A stretch of 64,000 nt of DNA from Cyanidioschyzon merolae (taxonomy: Eukaryota), in NCBI GenBank assembly GCA_000091205.1, contig AP006484.2. One strand, 5' to 3'. Each line of letters opens with the position of its first letter. Positions within the stretch are counted from its first letter, which is position 1. Shown here one piece after another: positions 63,199 through 64,000 of this stretch. The notes below the pieces were generated by a model. The model searched no databases and was not told the DNA's origin. It saw only the letters and a list, made by a program, of their open reading frames with translations. The position numbers were made by a program, and so were the translations under genes.

Positions 63199-64000
63199 CC
63201 GCGATACTTCCAGAGACTTATGGGGCCTTTCACCGCCCTAGTTCGCCTAAGCGAACCTAGTGCCACGGGGCTTTGCGGATCCGTTTGACGGGGTCCAGTA
63301 CCCAAAAGCCTCAAAGCGCGCGATAGCCAGATTGCTGCGGGTACGTTCATGGAGATCGCTTTGAGATATGATCGTGAACCTGGAACTAGCTCCAGCTGAT
63401 TAAGGCGTAAAAGTGGCAAGATGATCTTTTCTGTACAGATTTTTTCGTTCATGCGTTCTTGTAAGGCAGCGTGGGGCATAGCATGGGTGCGTCGGATGGT
63501 TCCGCTTCGGTATCCGTAGCGACTCGACGACACTGCTGCTTGCGTACGGGGTTCGCGCGGAGGAGTGGCACTCATGGACGCTGTTGAGCAACCGGGGTTT
63601 TCCTTGATCAGAAACGAAGACACATCGCAAGGATGTTACGAAATGTTTATAAAAAGCAGTGAACCAAAGAAGCACTGGGACGTGCGCTGTGAACAGTGCT
63701 GAAAACGGTCACTTTGACGAAGTCTGGCGCACGCGTCTTTTTTGTCTTCGGTCTGCTGAACACCCTTCTGGGAGCCTTCAGAAATGAGCTTGATCGTATG
63801 GGCGCTGGTTGATAAGCTCGAACACGCGCTCATCTGAGAAGCATTCGTCAACTCGGATACTGTGGAACTCTACCGTGAAAGTCTGTGCGCCAGTGAACCG
63901 CAGCCCGAAAACTCAACGAGGCGTTTGCTGCTGATCGCTCGGATAGCTGGCGACGACCCCGTCACGAGACATTCTCCTTACCAGCAGGCTCCAGTAGCTG

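Noticed and set aside
1-64000. Prokaryote-style features (CRISPR arrays, operons, rho-independent terminators, RBS)
   Set aside because: The gene content (CCT3, CLN3, ANTH, bromodomain, JmjC) and architecture are eukaryotic. I saw no short direct-repeat or spacer arrays anywhere. Apparent repeats are the transposon copies and microsatellites described above.

Overview
This window is nuclear DNA from an intron-poor, gene-dense eukaryote of moderate GC content. A protist, alga or stramenopile-like organism is my guess only; the sequence does not identify the taxon. The supplied ORF track uses alternative start codons (GTG/TTG/CTG), so many listed ORF starts lie upstream of the real ATG. I re-placed starts where the sequence allowed.

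I can support about 20 protein-coding genes, all apparently single-exon:
- a bromodomain protein (partial, runs off the window start)
- a kelch-repeat protein with a C-terminal transmembrane anchor
- a GRWD1/Rrb1-like WD40 protein
- a stand-alone SPX protein
- a DMT/SLC35F-like transporter
- D-aminoacyl-tRNA deacylase
- an S26 mitochondrial inner-membrane peptidase (IMP1/2-like)
- a Sel1-repeat protein
- a PHR1/PSR1-like Myb-coiled-coil (GARP) transcription factor
- a PI-PLC X-domain-like membrane protein
- an ANTH/AP180-like clathrin assembly protein
- a PHD+JmjC demethylase-like protein
- CCT3 chaperonin
- a Maf-like NTP pyrophosphatase
- a CLN3/battenin homologue
- a large WD40 protein
- two hypothetical proteins

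The intergenic space holds three dispersed repeat families, each present as two near-identical direct copies (about 99% identical):
- A, about 1.4 kb, at 7.9 kb and 15.8 kb
- B, about 1.35 kb, at 9.9 kb and 23.9 kb
- C, about 2.2 kb, at 28.2 kb and 58.2 kb

The most notable observation is a set of five loci carrying eroded C-terminal remnants of TnpB/Fanzor-type (OMEGA-family) RuvC nucleases. Each shows the RuvC-III signature (NRDFNAAINF, NRDFSAAINI, CDLTAAVN or NRNFNAVINI), and one also has a CxxC zinc-ribbon. Repeat family B is the best-preserved of them, and the B copies carry a left-end subterminal hairpin. None of these relics encodes an intact protein, so they look like non-autonomous or decayed elements. 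I found no rRNA, CRISPR array or convincing tRNA.
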